Shown here piece by piece: positions 1 to 9,700 of a stretch of 24,000 nucleotides of DNA (position 1 is the stretch's first letter; every line of letters starts with the position of its first letter). The notes below the pieces were generated by a model that did no database searches, was not told where the DNA came from, and worked only from the letters and a program-made list of their open reading frames with translations. This DNA is from an uncultured bacterium (GTDB lineage: Bacteria; Patescibacteriota; Saccharimonadia; Saccharimonadales; Saccharimonadaceae): NCBI GenBank assembly GCA_903821365.1, contig CAIJKY010000006.1, forward strand, positions 1 to 24,000, read 5' to 3'. A program made the position numbers and the translations under genes.

Positions 1-23
1 CGATAGGGTACACTGAGTGTATT

Positions 24-1364
24 ATGCAATTACTGCAGCGTCGTTTTCTCTGGGTGGGCAGCTTATTTACGGTTCTAGCATCACTTTTTGTTGGAAGTGT
101 TATTTTTGCACCAAGCGCCAATGCCGCTGGAACTGAATATTATCAATATATTCCTGGACCACCGGCTTCTGTTCGCGTGACAGGGGGTAATATTGTTGGG
201 CCTTGGGGGTTAACGGCAACCGATGGGACCAACACGACATTTAAGGGAGATATTCTTGTTAAAGCGTCCGTCTCTCGTATTGGTTACGGCAAAGATCCTT
301 CTAAGACATATGCGGACTGTCGATATACGGCAACATTGAAGGTAAGTGGCGACACCAATGATGCCGCAGCGGCCAACCCGGTCGACGACACCGCTTACGT
401 TGACCTCACGCCAGACGGTGGCGGTTTTGGTGCTAAACCGGCTGGTTTCAGTGCTACTGAAGATGGCGCCTGCAAATTTGGTGACATTTCGTTTACTTCT
501 GGCGCAGAAGCTGGCTACGTAGAAGGCCAAGGCGCTGGCGGTGACGTAAAGCTACACGTCAAAGCCAGCCCAACTGATACTGGTGGTGCCGCAGGAGACC
601 CGGCCAACCCTAATGCGAGCGGTGGTGAAGTAAAGTGTACGAGCGGCGGGAGTCTTGACTGGATTCTTTGTCCTGTTATTGACGGCCTCCTAACATTTAG
701 TACCTTTTTGACTGGTTTAATAAGTAACCTCCTACAAGTCCCCGCAATAACGCCGACTTCTAATGGTGGTGTTCTTTATAATGTCTGGCAGAACATGCGC
801 AACATTGCCAACGGCTTCTTTGTGCTTGTCATGTTAGTAATCATCTTCTCTCAAGCCAGTTCAATGGGGTTAAGCGCCTATGGCCTCAAAAAGACGATTC
901 CTAAGCTCGCGCTGGCAGCAATTTTTGTAAATCTTAGCTTTTATATCTGTTCTTTCGGTGTCGATGTTTCAAACGTGCTTGGTAACGGTGTATCGACCAT
1001 CATGAATAGTGCGCTCAATGGGGCAGGTGGTACGGGTGATCCGGTTGGTATTATTAGCTCTATCTTGGGTGGCATTACGGCAAGTATTATTGGTGCGGCT
1101 ATTGCCTTCTTTTGTCTTGGAAGTCTTGGTGTTTTGGCGCTCTCACTTGTTGTTGGATTCTTGGTAATTGCTGCTCGCCAAGCGCTGGTTGTTATTTTGA
1201 TCATTGTTTCGCCAATCGCCTTTGTCCTCTGGATATTACCGAACACCGAGCAATACTACCGACGCTGGTCTGAATTGTTTATGACCGTACTGTTTATGTA
1301 TCCACTGATCATGTTGATACTCACAGGGTCGCAACTAGCAGCTAAAGTAATCGCAGGAATATAG
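24..1364 (+). CDS. VirB6/TrbL-like polytopic membrane protein with a secreted N-terminal domain (T4SS-like channel subunit)
   Basis: 446-aa ORF. Signal peptide ends in ...FAPSANA/AG. A ~190-aa Gly/Ala/Thr-rich domain with 4 Cys follows, then about 6-7 hydrophobic helices (res ~215-446) typical of the TrbL/VirB6, PrgH/TcpH class. It is the first gene of an operon that contains VirB3-like and VirB4 genes. Function is assigned from topology and context, not from a strong motif. Confidence 0.6.
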   Translation: MQLLQRRFLWVGSLFTVLASLFVGSVIFAPSANAAGTEYYQYIPGPPASVRVTGGNIVGPWGLTATDGTNTTFKGDILVKASVSRIGYGKDPSKTYADCRYTATLKVSGDTNDAAAANPVDDTAYVDLTPDGGGFGAKPAGFSATEDGACKFGDISFTSGAEAGYVEGQGAGGDVKLHVKASPTDTGGAAGDPANPNASGGEVKCTSGGSLDWILCPVIDGLLTFSTFLTGLISNLLQVPAITPTSNGGVLYNVWQNMRNIANGFFVLVMLVIIFSQASSMGLSAYGLKKTIPKLALAAIFVNLSFYICSFGVDVSNVLGNGVSTIMNSALNGAGGTGDPVGIISSILGGITASIIGAAIAFFCLGSLGVLALSLVVGFLVIAARQALVVILIIVSPIAFVLWILPNTEQYYRRWSELFMTVLFMYPLIMLILTGSQLAAKVIAGI

Positions 1365-1371
1365 ACGAAAT

Positions 1372-2592
1372 ATGGATGATTTAACACGAAAATTAGTTGC
1401 AGGAACAGTAGTAGCCGCTGGATTGTTAGCATTACCGGCTACGCTTCAGTTTGGTAAAATGGGATTTAATACGCTTAAAGGTATGGCGGCTGGTAGCCGG
1501 CTTGGTAAGAAGATTACGGGCGGCAGCGAAGGTGCTGCAGAGCGCATGAAAGAGAACCTGGGAGCGCGCATGGCAAGCAACAACCTTGGCCAGAACGCGA
1601 CAGGACGAGGCGCTGGCGCGAAGAGAGCTGCGGGTAGTGCAGCGGCATATCTCGGCGGCCGTGGTGCACGCAAGAAATACCAACGTGAATCAAGGTCAGC
1701 GAATGCGGCGCGTATTCAGCAAGAGCAGTTAGCAAAGAATCTGTTGGACGAAAAGCAGACCGGTATCAAAGGCGCTCCTGGAATATTCGGCAAGAAAACC
1801 TTTGCCCAGAGAGCTGCTGGACCTGGTGGCGAAGAAGCTGCACTGCGCGCACAGGCTAAGGGCGCAAGCACATTGAGCAGCATGATTGGCGAGGATATGA
1901 AGGCTGCGCAGACTATGATTGAGGATTCTGGGCTTACGGCTGGTGGACTTAGGGATCTTGCGGTAGACGGGAAAGCAACAACACCTTCTGGAAAAACGAT
2001 CTCTGGAGAACTTTATCAGAAAGCAGCTATAGGCAAGGCGGCTAAGGAGGGCCGTATAAACATACTAGAAGATGTAGTGAATAAAAGTACGCAAACTAAG
2101 CCGGATGGCAGTCGTGCACTATCTCATTCGGTTAGTGAGACACTCGCGTACCATCTTGGAGAAAACTACACTACACTCAAGGCAAAAGGACACGGTCTTA
2201 ATGATGACCGTGTAAAAGCAGCGCTTTCTCGAGGAGAGAGTGTGGGTCCAGCATTGCGAGAAGCGGCTTCGATGAAGGCTATGGGTGGGCTCACGGCAGA
2301 AAAGTTTGCAAGCCAAGACCCTCTTGAACTGAAGCATGTAAAGAGAGCACTTGAAAACAACATTGTTGTTCCACCTAAACCAGCCGATCTTAGGGCCGGC
2401 GCGAGCGAATCAGAAAAATCAGCGTACGAAACAGCTTTGGCAAATCATAAAATATACGCAGACATTGCCGACAATAGACAAAAAGTCATTGCACTTGCTA
2501 AGCGCACAATTGAAGATGCTCGTTTAAGTCAAGCATTTACTCAAGAGTCACGCGCAGATGCTGAAGCAATTGCAGCATTTGATAAGCCATAG
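1372..2592 (+). CDS. Hypothetical membrane-anchored protein, Ala/Gly/Lys-rich and probably helical; T4SS-associated by context
   Basis: 406-aa ORF starting 7 nt after the VirB6-like gene. It has one N-terminal hydrophobic helix (LVAGTVVAAGLLALPATL) followed by a long charged, Ala/Lys-rich soluble region. I recognise no catalytic motif. Confidence 0.5.
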   Translation: MDDLTRKLVAGTVVAAGLLALPATLQFGKMGFNTLKGMAAGSRLGKKITGGSEGAAERMKENLGARMASNNLGQNATGRGAGAKRAAGSAAAYLGGRGARKKYQRESRSANAARIQQEQLAKNLLDEKQTGIKGAPGIFGKKTFAQRAAGPGGEEAALRAQAKGASTLSSMIGEDMKAAQTMIEDSGLTAGGLRDLAVDGKATTPSGKTISGELYQKAAIGKAAKEGRINILEDVVNKSTQTKPDGSRALSHSVSETLAYHLGENYTTLKAKGHGLNDDRVKAALSRGESVGPALREAASMKAMGGLTAEKFASQDPLELKHVKRALENNIVVPPKPADLRAGASESEKSAYETALANHKIYADIADNRQKVIALAKRTIEDARLSQAFTQESRADAEAIAAFDKP

Positions 2593-2644
2593 TGTTACGG
2601 CAAATTTTCATCTCGCAATGATACTAAATTAAGGAATTCGTTTA

Positions 2645-3628
2645 ATGGCAGTATACAAAGTCCCCCAAGACGTAGAAGCAGAAGACAAGTTAGTCGGTCC
2701 ATTTACATTCCGGCAATCGGTGTATATGGGTATCGCCGTTGGTGCTGGTGGTTTGACCTTCTTGTTCATTCGCGCGCCGATACCGTTTCCGTTTTTCGCG
2801 GCATTAACAGTGCCAGTGATGATTGGCTTTTTGGTGCTTGCGCTTCCACTGCGTAAAGATCAGCCGATGGAGATCTACTTGATGGCGATTCTTCGCTTTA
2901 TGCTCAAGCCGAAGCGACGCATTTGGAGCACTGATGGCGTACCAGTCAGTGTTATTGTTGATGCACCAAAAGTTGTCGAGCAACATCTCACAAAAGACTT
3001 TACTGGCGACGAAGCCTCTGACCGTCTTAGTTACCTTGCGAAAATTGTCGACTCACGCGGCTGGGCGGCAAAGGGGATTGATATTCCAAACGGCCCGTCG
3101 CTCAGTAGCGCCGTGTTAAACGAAGCCGAGTCAACGGTTGACGTACTCGACGAAGACGCGCAGGTGGCGAAATCGTTCGACATGCTCTTGGCACGGCAAA
3201 AAGAAGTCTCGCGCAACGCCGCACGACAAACTATGCAGGGCATTGCACTTCGCATGCCCGGTGGCGCGCCATTACCGCTTGCACCAACGCCGATGGTAAG
3301 CAATATACCACCGCCAAGTCCTTACGCGCCGCCACCAGCCACCAGCGTACCTGGCTCACAACTATTACAGTACCTCCCAAGCCAGGCGCCAACCGCTCGT
3401 CAAGCGCCACAAATGTCAGTTATTCCAAATGAAGCGCCATCAATTGCGGCAGCGCCAACGTTTACACCAATGGCTCAATCTATAGCCACGCCAGACATGA
3501 CACAGACTGTCGCGCCTGCTATACTTAACCTGGCAAATAACAAAGACCTGAGCATCCAAGCAATCGCTCATGAGGCGGAGCGAATGGCGAGGAATGATGA
3601 GCTTGAAGTGGAAATTCCTTTGCGCTAG
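2645..3628 (+). CDS. PrgI-family (VirB3-like) T4SS membrane protein with a Pro-rich C-terminal extension
   Basis: The N-terminus MAVYKVPQDVEAEDKLVGPFTFRQ followed by two hydrophobic helices is the characteristic PrgI/TcpE-family opening. An AAGGA SD lies upstream. The gene sits immediately upstream of the VirB4 genes, as in Gram-positive conjugation loci. Res ~203-290 are P/A/S/T/Q low complexity. Confidence 0.7.
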   Translation: MAVYKVPQDVEAEDKLVGPFTFRQSVYMGIAVGAGGLTFLFIRAPIPFPFFAALTVPVMIGFLVLALPLRKDQPMEIYLMAILRFMLKPKRRIWSTDGVPVSVIVDAPKVVEQHLTKDFTGDEASDRLSYLAKIVDSRGWAAKGIDIPNGPSLSSAVLNEAESTVDVLDEDAQVAKSFDMLLARQKEVSRNAARQTMQGIALRMPGGAPLPLAPTPMVSNIPPPSPYAPPPATSVPGSQLLQYLPSQAPTARQAPQMSVIPNEAPSIAAAPTFTPMAQSIATPDMTQTVAPAILNLANNKDLSIQAIAHEAERMARNDELEVEIPLR

Positions 3629-3674
3629 GATGTTAGTATTAGGTGTAATCTTTAGGGTGGCAGAATAAAATACA

Positions 3675-4769
3675 ATGGATCCTCAAAACTATCCAGGACA
3701 ACAGCAACCAGGTAACGCTAATGTTCCTCCGACTGCATTTCCAGGCGGACAATATGCTATGCCGACACAACCGATGCAGGGCCAACAACCTTTGCCACCA
3801 CTTGGTGGTCCAATAGGGCCTATGCCAATGCAACCTGCTCCGCAATCAATGCAGCAGGCTATGCCTCCAATGGCGGCGCCACAACCGCAGGCACTACCGC
3901 AACAACCCGTTGCGATGCCTCAGCAGCAAATGCAAGCCCCAGCAATGGCGCAACAATCAGTTCCACTTCCGGCACAAGCAATGGTCGGCGGCGTGCCGCA
4001 AACCGTTCCGCCCGCAGGTAAAGGGGCGGCAAGCGTTCAAAAGCGTAATCTTAACAGCACTCAAAACACGCTACTTATCTCTGAGATTCGTGATAACATC
4101 GTCATTATGAGCGATGGTGGCATGCGCGCAATTGTTGCGTGTCGTTCAATCAATTTCGACCTGATGAGCGCCCGTGAACGCGAAGGCGTTGAGTATGGTT
4201 ACCAGAGTTTCTTGAACTCGCTTTACTTCGCTGTCCAGATTTTAATTCGCTCGCAGCGTGTCGACATTGGCCCGTATCTACAAAAGCTCAGCAAGCTTCG
4301 TCGCGACCAAGACAACATGCTACTCGGTGTCTTAATGGATGATTACATCGACTTTATCGCGACTATTTCTGAAGAGACGAACATTATGGATAAACAGTTT
4401 TACGTTGTAGTGCCGTTTTACCCAACAGGTGACTTAAGCAGTGCCGTCAACACAAGTAAAAACTTATTTGCGGGCATCGCACCAACAACGAAGCAGGCAG
4501 TGACGCACATTCCCGAGGCATCGTACCAAAAGGCTAAAGATGAGCTCCAAAACCGTGTCATGACGGTCATTAACGGCCTCTTGCAGATGGGTGTCCATTC
4601 AACACGACTTGATACTAAGCGTCTTGGTGAGTTGTATTACAACGTCTACAACCCAGACACCGCTGTCCGCGAACCGCTCGGTAGTTTCGACACTAGCACA
4701 CCGCCAATCGCTATCCGCAAAGGTACCGGCGAAGCACCACAGCCGCATCTAGAAAGGGAGTCAGCATAA
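3675..4769 (+). CDS. P/Q/M-rich protein carrying a VirB4 N-terminal-like domain (putative detached N-terminal module of VirB4)
   Basis: 364 aa. Res 1-118 are extreme Pro/Gln/Met/Ala low complexity. Res ~125-364 (NSTQNTLLISEIRDNIVIMSDGG..AIVACRSINFDLMSAREREGVEYGYQSFLNSLYFAVQILIRSQ) resemble, from memory, the extreme N-terminus of Tn916 Orf16/PrgJ/TcpF-type VirB4 proteins. The TAA stop overlaps the ATG of the VirB4 gene (ATAATG). Confidence 0.5.
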   Translation: MDPQNYPGQQQPGNANVPPTAFPGGQYAMPTQPMQGQQPLPPLGGPIGPMPMQPAPQSMQQAMPPMAAPQPQALPQQPVAMPQQQMQAPAMAQQSVPLPAQAMVGGVPQTVPPAGKGAASVQKRNLNSTQNTLLISEIRDNIVIMSDGGMRAIVACRSINFDLMSAREREGVEYGYQSFLNSLYFAVQILIRSQRVDIGPYLQKLSKLRRDQDNMLLGVLMDDYIDFIATISEETNIMDKQFYVVVPFYPTGDLSSAVNTSKNLFAGIAPTTKQAVTHIPEASYQKAKDELQNRVMTVINGLLQMGVHSTRLDTKRLGELYYNVYNPDTAVREPLGSFDTSTPPIAIRKGTGEAPQPHLERESA

Positions 4770-6700
4770 TGGGATTATTTGGCGGCAACAAAAAAGATCC
4801 AACTGATATCGCACAGGCACAGCGCCTCCGCGAACAGCAAGAGATCGAGCAAGAATTTCAAAAAGGTATCACGACACTTCGTGATCTGATTGCACCAAGT
4901 TCAATCGAATTTCAATCAAGTCATTTCCGTCTCGGCACAAAATATGGCCGAACGATTTATATTTATGGTTACCCTCGACAGGTCTACACTGGCTGGCTCA
5001 GTCCACTGATTAACATCGATGAAGTGGTTGACGTTAGTATGTTCGTCTACCCAGTTGAGAGTCAGATCGTATTGACCAACCTCCGCAAAAAAGTGTCACA
5101 GCTTGAGGCAAGTATCCAGCTCAACGCCGAACATGGCAAAGTACGTGACCCAGGCCTTCAGGCGGCTGTACAAGACGCTGAAGAACTGCGAGACCAATTA
5201 CAGGTTGGGTCTGAGCGCTTTTTCCGTTACGGCTTATATGTAACCGTTTACGCTGACAGCCTCGATGAACTGCAGTTTGTGCAGCATAAGATCGAAACTA
5301 TTCTTGGCCAACAATTGGTCTTTAGCAAGGTTGCATCGAGTCAACAAGAGCAGGGTCTTAACTCAACCTTGCCACAGCTATCTGACCAACTACAGATTCG
5401 TCGCAATATGAACACTGGCGCTATCTCTACCAGCTTTCCATTCACGAGCGCTGATTTAACGCAAGAATCGGGCATTCTTTATGGCATCAACATGCATAAT
5501 AACGGCCTGGTGATTTTTGACCGCTTTAGTCTTGAGAATGCCAACATGGTAGTCTTTGCTAAATCTGGTGCTGGTAAGTCGTACACCGTGAAACTCGAGG
5601 CACTACGCTCGATGATGATGGGTGCCGAAGTGTTGATCGTCGACCCTGAAAACGAGTATCAAAAATTGTGTGATGCGGTTGGTGGTGCTTACATTCGTTT
5701 GAGTCTTAATTCTGACACGCGTATCAATCCATTTGATTTGCCACGTGTTATCGATAGTGACGACGCCGAGGATGCGCTTCGTGCGAACTTAATCACACTG
5801 CATGGTTTACTGCGCTTGATGATGGGTGGTGCGCAAATTATGGCGAGTGGCGGCACAATGCCAGCACTGAGCCCACTCGAAGAGGCTGATCTTGACCAAG
5901 CGCTTATCGACACCTATGCTCGCGCTGGTATCACGAGCGACCCATTAACCCACAACTCCGTACCGCCAACAATTGGCGACCTTTACGAAACACTCCTCCA
6001 CATGGGTGGTACTGGCCCACAACTTGCACAGCGCTTGCGCAAGTACACCAGCGGTACGTTTGCCGGTATTTTCTCTCAGCAAAGCAACGTTCACATCGAC
6101 AACCCAATGGTCGTGTTTAATATTCGCGACCTTGAAGATGAACTACGGCCGGTCGCTATGTACATCGTTTTGAGCTACATCTGGAACAAGACCCGTAGTG
6201 ATCAGCGTCGTCGCTTGCTACTTGTTGATGAGGCTTGGCAGCTGATGAAATATGACGACTCTGCAAACTTCTTGTTCAGCCTGGCAAAACGTGCTCGTAA
6301 GTACTTCCTTGGCCTTACCACCATTACTCAGGACGTTGAAGACTTTATGGGTAGCAAAATGGGGCGGGCAATTGTGGCCAACGCCTCTATGCAGCTTCTA
6401 CTCAAACAATCGACAAGTGCGGTTGATGTGCTTGCTGAAGTCTTCAAGTTAACTGATGAGGAACGTAAGCGTCTTGCGCAATTCCCGGTAGGGCAGGGGT
6501 TATTCTTTGCTGGACAGAGCCATGTGCACGTACAAATTATTGCCAGCCCGACCGAACATTCGCTTATTACAACCGATCCTCGACAATTGCAGCAAATTCA
6601 ACAGATCCAAGATGCTTCGGCGGCGGCCGCAACACCAGTGGCGCCGGGTAACGACGTCAGCACAAGCTCACCATACGCAACACAAAATTTAGGGAACTAG
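4769..6700 (+). CDS. virB4: VirB4-family type IV secretion ATPase (Gram-positive PrgJ/TcpF/TrsE type)
   Basis: 643 aa. Walker A is AKSGAGKSYT (nt 5561-5590) and Walker B is LLLVDEAWQLM (around nt 6221-6232). The N-terminal LIAPSSIEFQSSHFRLG..YGRTIYIYGYPRQVYTGWLSPL motif is typical of Firmicute-type VirB4. A strong SD (AAGGGAG, 4754-4760) lies 8 nt upstream of the ATG. Confidence 0.9.
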   Translation: MGLFGGNKKDPTDIAQAQRLREQQEIEQEFQKGITTLRDLIAPSSIEFQSSHFRLGTKYGRTIYIYGYPRQVYTGWLSPLINIDEVVDVSMFVYPVESQIVLTNLRKKVSQLEASIQLNAEHGKVRDPGLQAAVQDAEELRDQLQVGSERFFRYGLYVTVYADSLDELQFVQHKIETILGQQLVFSKVASSQQEQGLNSTLPQLSDQLQIRRNMNTGAISTSFPFTSADLTQESGILYGINMHNNGLVIFDRFSLENANMVVFAKSGAGKSYTVKLEALRSMMMGAEVLIVDPENEYQKLCDAVGGAYIRLSLNSDTRINPFDLPRVIDSDDAEDALRANLITLHGLLRLMMGGAQIMASGGTMPALSPLEEADLDQALIDTYARAGITSDPLTHNSVPPTIGDLYETLLHMGGTGPQLAQRLRKYTSGTFAGIFSQQSNVHIDNPMVVFNIRDLEDELRPVAMYIVLSYIWNKTRSDQRRRLLLVDEAWQLMKYDDSANFLFSLAKRARKYFLGLTTITQDVEDFMGSKMGRAIVANASMQLLLKQSTSAVDVLAEVFKLTDEERKRLAQFPVGQGLFFAGQSHVHVQIIASPTEHSLITTDPRQLQQIQQIQDASAAAATPVAPGNDVSTSSPYATQNLGN

Positions 6701-6703
6701 GAC

Positions 6704-9700
6704 ATGCCAACGACGCTTCCTCCAGGTGACAAAAAGCACGAAGACAATCGCTTTGCGCGCAATGTGGCCGACGACCACGAGCGTCGTATTACTGGTGGCG
6801 CGTTTACCGAAGAAGAGAAGCGCAAAATTGGCGACCAGGCGAGAGAAGAAGGACGTCAGACGGCAGATATGTCGCGTCAGCAGCAGCTTGACGCATTAGA
6901 GCGCAACGAGAATCCTAAAGCGAGTCCTGTTAGCAAAAAAGACATTGCCAAGCAAGAATCGGCGCCATGGGAAACAAATGTTAATCCCGAGGGGCCAGCA
7001 AAGACCAAAGGACCGAGTAAAAAGCGCATGAAAATTTTCGTGGCGTCTATCTCGGTTTTTTCGGTTGGCAGTATTTTGGCCTTTTCGTTCTTATTGCCAT
7101 TAAAACTTTTGCATTTTATTGGCAATATCGATCAAGCCGCTGCATACGTCGGCGACAAAGCAGTTGGCAACTGGGTGGAAAACCGTCTTGATTTTTATAT
7201 TGCTGCGCGCATCCTTGCTACTGGTGGCGATGGCAAAGTCGATGGCAATAAGTTTGACCAATATGTCTGTAAGGGTGGTAACATCGCGTGCTCGATGTTC
7301 AAAGGTTGGCGGCTTGGCAAGATCGAAGATAAACTTGGCCTAAAGATCGAGAGTAACCGTACGGGTGTCGGTAATACTGCGACAAAGTGGAAAATTACCC
7401 ACACTGAAAGCGGCCAATCGGTGAGTGGTGACGGCGCTGATGTCGATGGTATTTCGCGTGAGATTGAAACTAGTTCGTCGAATGAATTCCGGCGTATTAT
7501 TGCCGAGCGCACAGAGTCGGTTTCAAAATATAAGTTCTCGTACAAACGTTATGCCACGCGTAAGATGCTTGCCAGAAAGTACGATGTGCGGCGCTGGACG
7601 GGACTCTTGAAACCAGTCGGGCTTGATCAAAAGTTTGATAATGCACTCGACAAAAAGAATGCGTTCTTTAAAGACATCCGCAAAAAGTTAGTGAAAGCGA
7701 CCGTATCAAAAACAAATGCGCGCAATGGGCTCTATATCGAATGTCTCTTGGGTGGCGACTACGATGCGTGTAAAGAGCGGTTGCGCCAGCGATCGTCTGG
7801 CGCAAATGGGCCAGATACAGCCAATAATGGGACCGATGACACCAACGCTGCCAATGAAGCCTCGCAAGTCGACCCAGACGAACTGGTTGATGAAGTAAGC
7901 GCCAATGGCGAAGCAGATGCCGTTGGTAAAGAAGCCGGTAAAACGGTCAGTAAATTCTTATCGAAAAAAGTTCTTGCCAGTGCAGTCGCAGGGGCGGGTG
8001 TCATCGATATTATTTCATCAGCCGTTTCAGCCACCAGCGATGGTACACTCAGCATGATCCAAGCCGACAGGGCAAAAGTGGCCTATGCCGGTTACTACAC
8101 CGAGCTCGCAACCTCAGCGCATCAACTCAAGTTTGGTGATATCGACCCAGAGGCTTATCAAGCACTTGATGGCATTATGTCAGGCATGGAGGGGAGCCCA
8201 GTTGCCCAGCATCAGCTTGGTGTTAATCCGACGCTTGGTACTGCCTCGAACCCAGTAAAACGTGACTGTAACGACGGTCAAGGCACAGTACAGCTCGACG
8301 TTGGTGAATATACTTGTACGGATAAACAAATTCAGCAGGATGTCGCTGGATTCCAGAAATTCTATGCAACCGAAGTTGGTCAAGTTATTACTAACATCAA
8401 TACCATTTGGAAAAACACTGGTCATGCCATTATTCAGTTTTTCGGCCAATTGCTTCCAGTTGACTGGCTCGTTCAGAAATTACTTGAGGCACTTCCAGTA
8501 CTAAAAACCGCCATGGCTGATTTAGTAGACGCAGCCGTTGGTTGGATATTCTCTACGCCAGTAACTGGTCTTGAAACTGGCCCTGATGCCTACGACGCAA
8601 TGGCAGCCGGTGGCGAAGTGGTTAATGACAGCATGCTTGCAGAAGGCCAGGCCGATGATGGTACCGGTATGGGCATGGGTGCCGTACCGGCAGCACCAAA
8701 AGTAGCCGCCGACTACCAGCGTGCTTACGCCGAAGAAAAGCAAGTAGCCTACGAGAAAAGCTCATTGGCTGACAAGATCTTTAACCCTGACATTCAAGGC
8801 TCTGTTGCCGACAGGGTGCTCATGACAACACCGACCAACATCGCCAGCATTTTCACCCAGCCAATCTCGCTCGCAGCAAGCATGCTCAGTTACTCGCCAC
8901 AAGCAAAGGCCTTCCAAAATATAGGCGACAACATCTTCCATGATGACAAATACGCTTGGCCACTTGATCCAAAAGATGCAGCGTACAATACCGATCCAAC
9001 GCAAATTAACGAAGCCACCTGTGATGCGTCACGCAAGTTCCGTAATGATAGCTATGAGAAACGCGACGGTGAGATTATACCGATGTATCACGAGTACGAT
9101 CCGTGCGCGCTTGAAAAAGTCGGGGCAGTGGCTGGCTCGAACACTTTCACCGATGCTTACAAGAAAGACTTTGATCTTAATGTTGGAGACGCTGCGGCGG
9201 CCGCACCAACACCGACCGCACAGACTGGAACACCAGGGCAGACAAAGCCGCTTGGTAGTGGTTTCACGCTTGCCGATGGCACGGATTATACTGCAACTCC
9301 ATGTGCAGCAGGATCAACCGAAAGCCGCATCTACACCCACCCGATCAAGGCATTTAAGGTACGTCTTTGTAAAGTCAAAAGTATGGAAGTTGCATCGATT
9401 ATTAGCGACAAGTTAGTCGCCATGGTGAATGCTGCGCAAGCCGCCGGTATCGACCTTAATGGTGGCGGATTTAGAACCTACGAGCAACAAATTGAAGCGC
9501 GTAAACGTAATGGCTGCCCAGCTGACCCAACCGCAGCCAGTACTACTTGCCGCGTTCCGACTGCGCCTCCTGGAACTGGTCAGCATGAGCGGGGCTTAGC
9601 TATCGACTTCACTGCCGGCGGTGGCACTATCGGCAAAAGCTCAGCTCAATACAAATGGCTCACCGCTAACGCCGCAAAATTCGGCTTCATCAACTATCCG

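Noticed and set aside
1-23. Possible -10-like TACACT (9-14) just upstream of the first gene
   Set aside because: The window begins only 23 nt before the ATG, so no -35 or upstream context can be evaluated, and the gene may simply continue an operon from upstream.
6620-6631. Shared 12-mer GCGGCGGCCGCA (contains a NotI site) at 6620-6631 and 9194-9205
   Set aside because: Both copies encode poly-Ala/Pro-Thr linker segments (SAAAATP and AAAAAPTPT) in two different proteins. This is a codon-level coincidence of Ala-rich linkers, not a repeat element.
8940-9416. 158-aa + strand ORF in an alternative frame within the 1010-aa gene, with several 60-116-aa antisense ORFs across 6877-9004
   Set aside because: They are Arg/His/Leu-rich shadow ORFs wholly inside a long ORF whose own frame carries recognisable TM, linker and M15 motifs.
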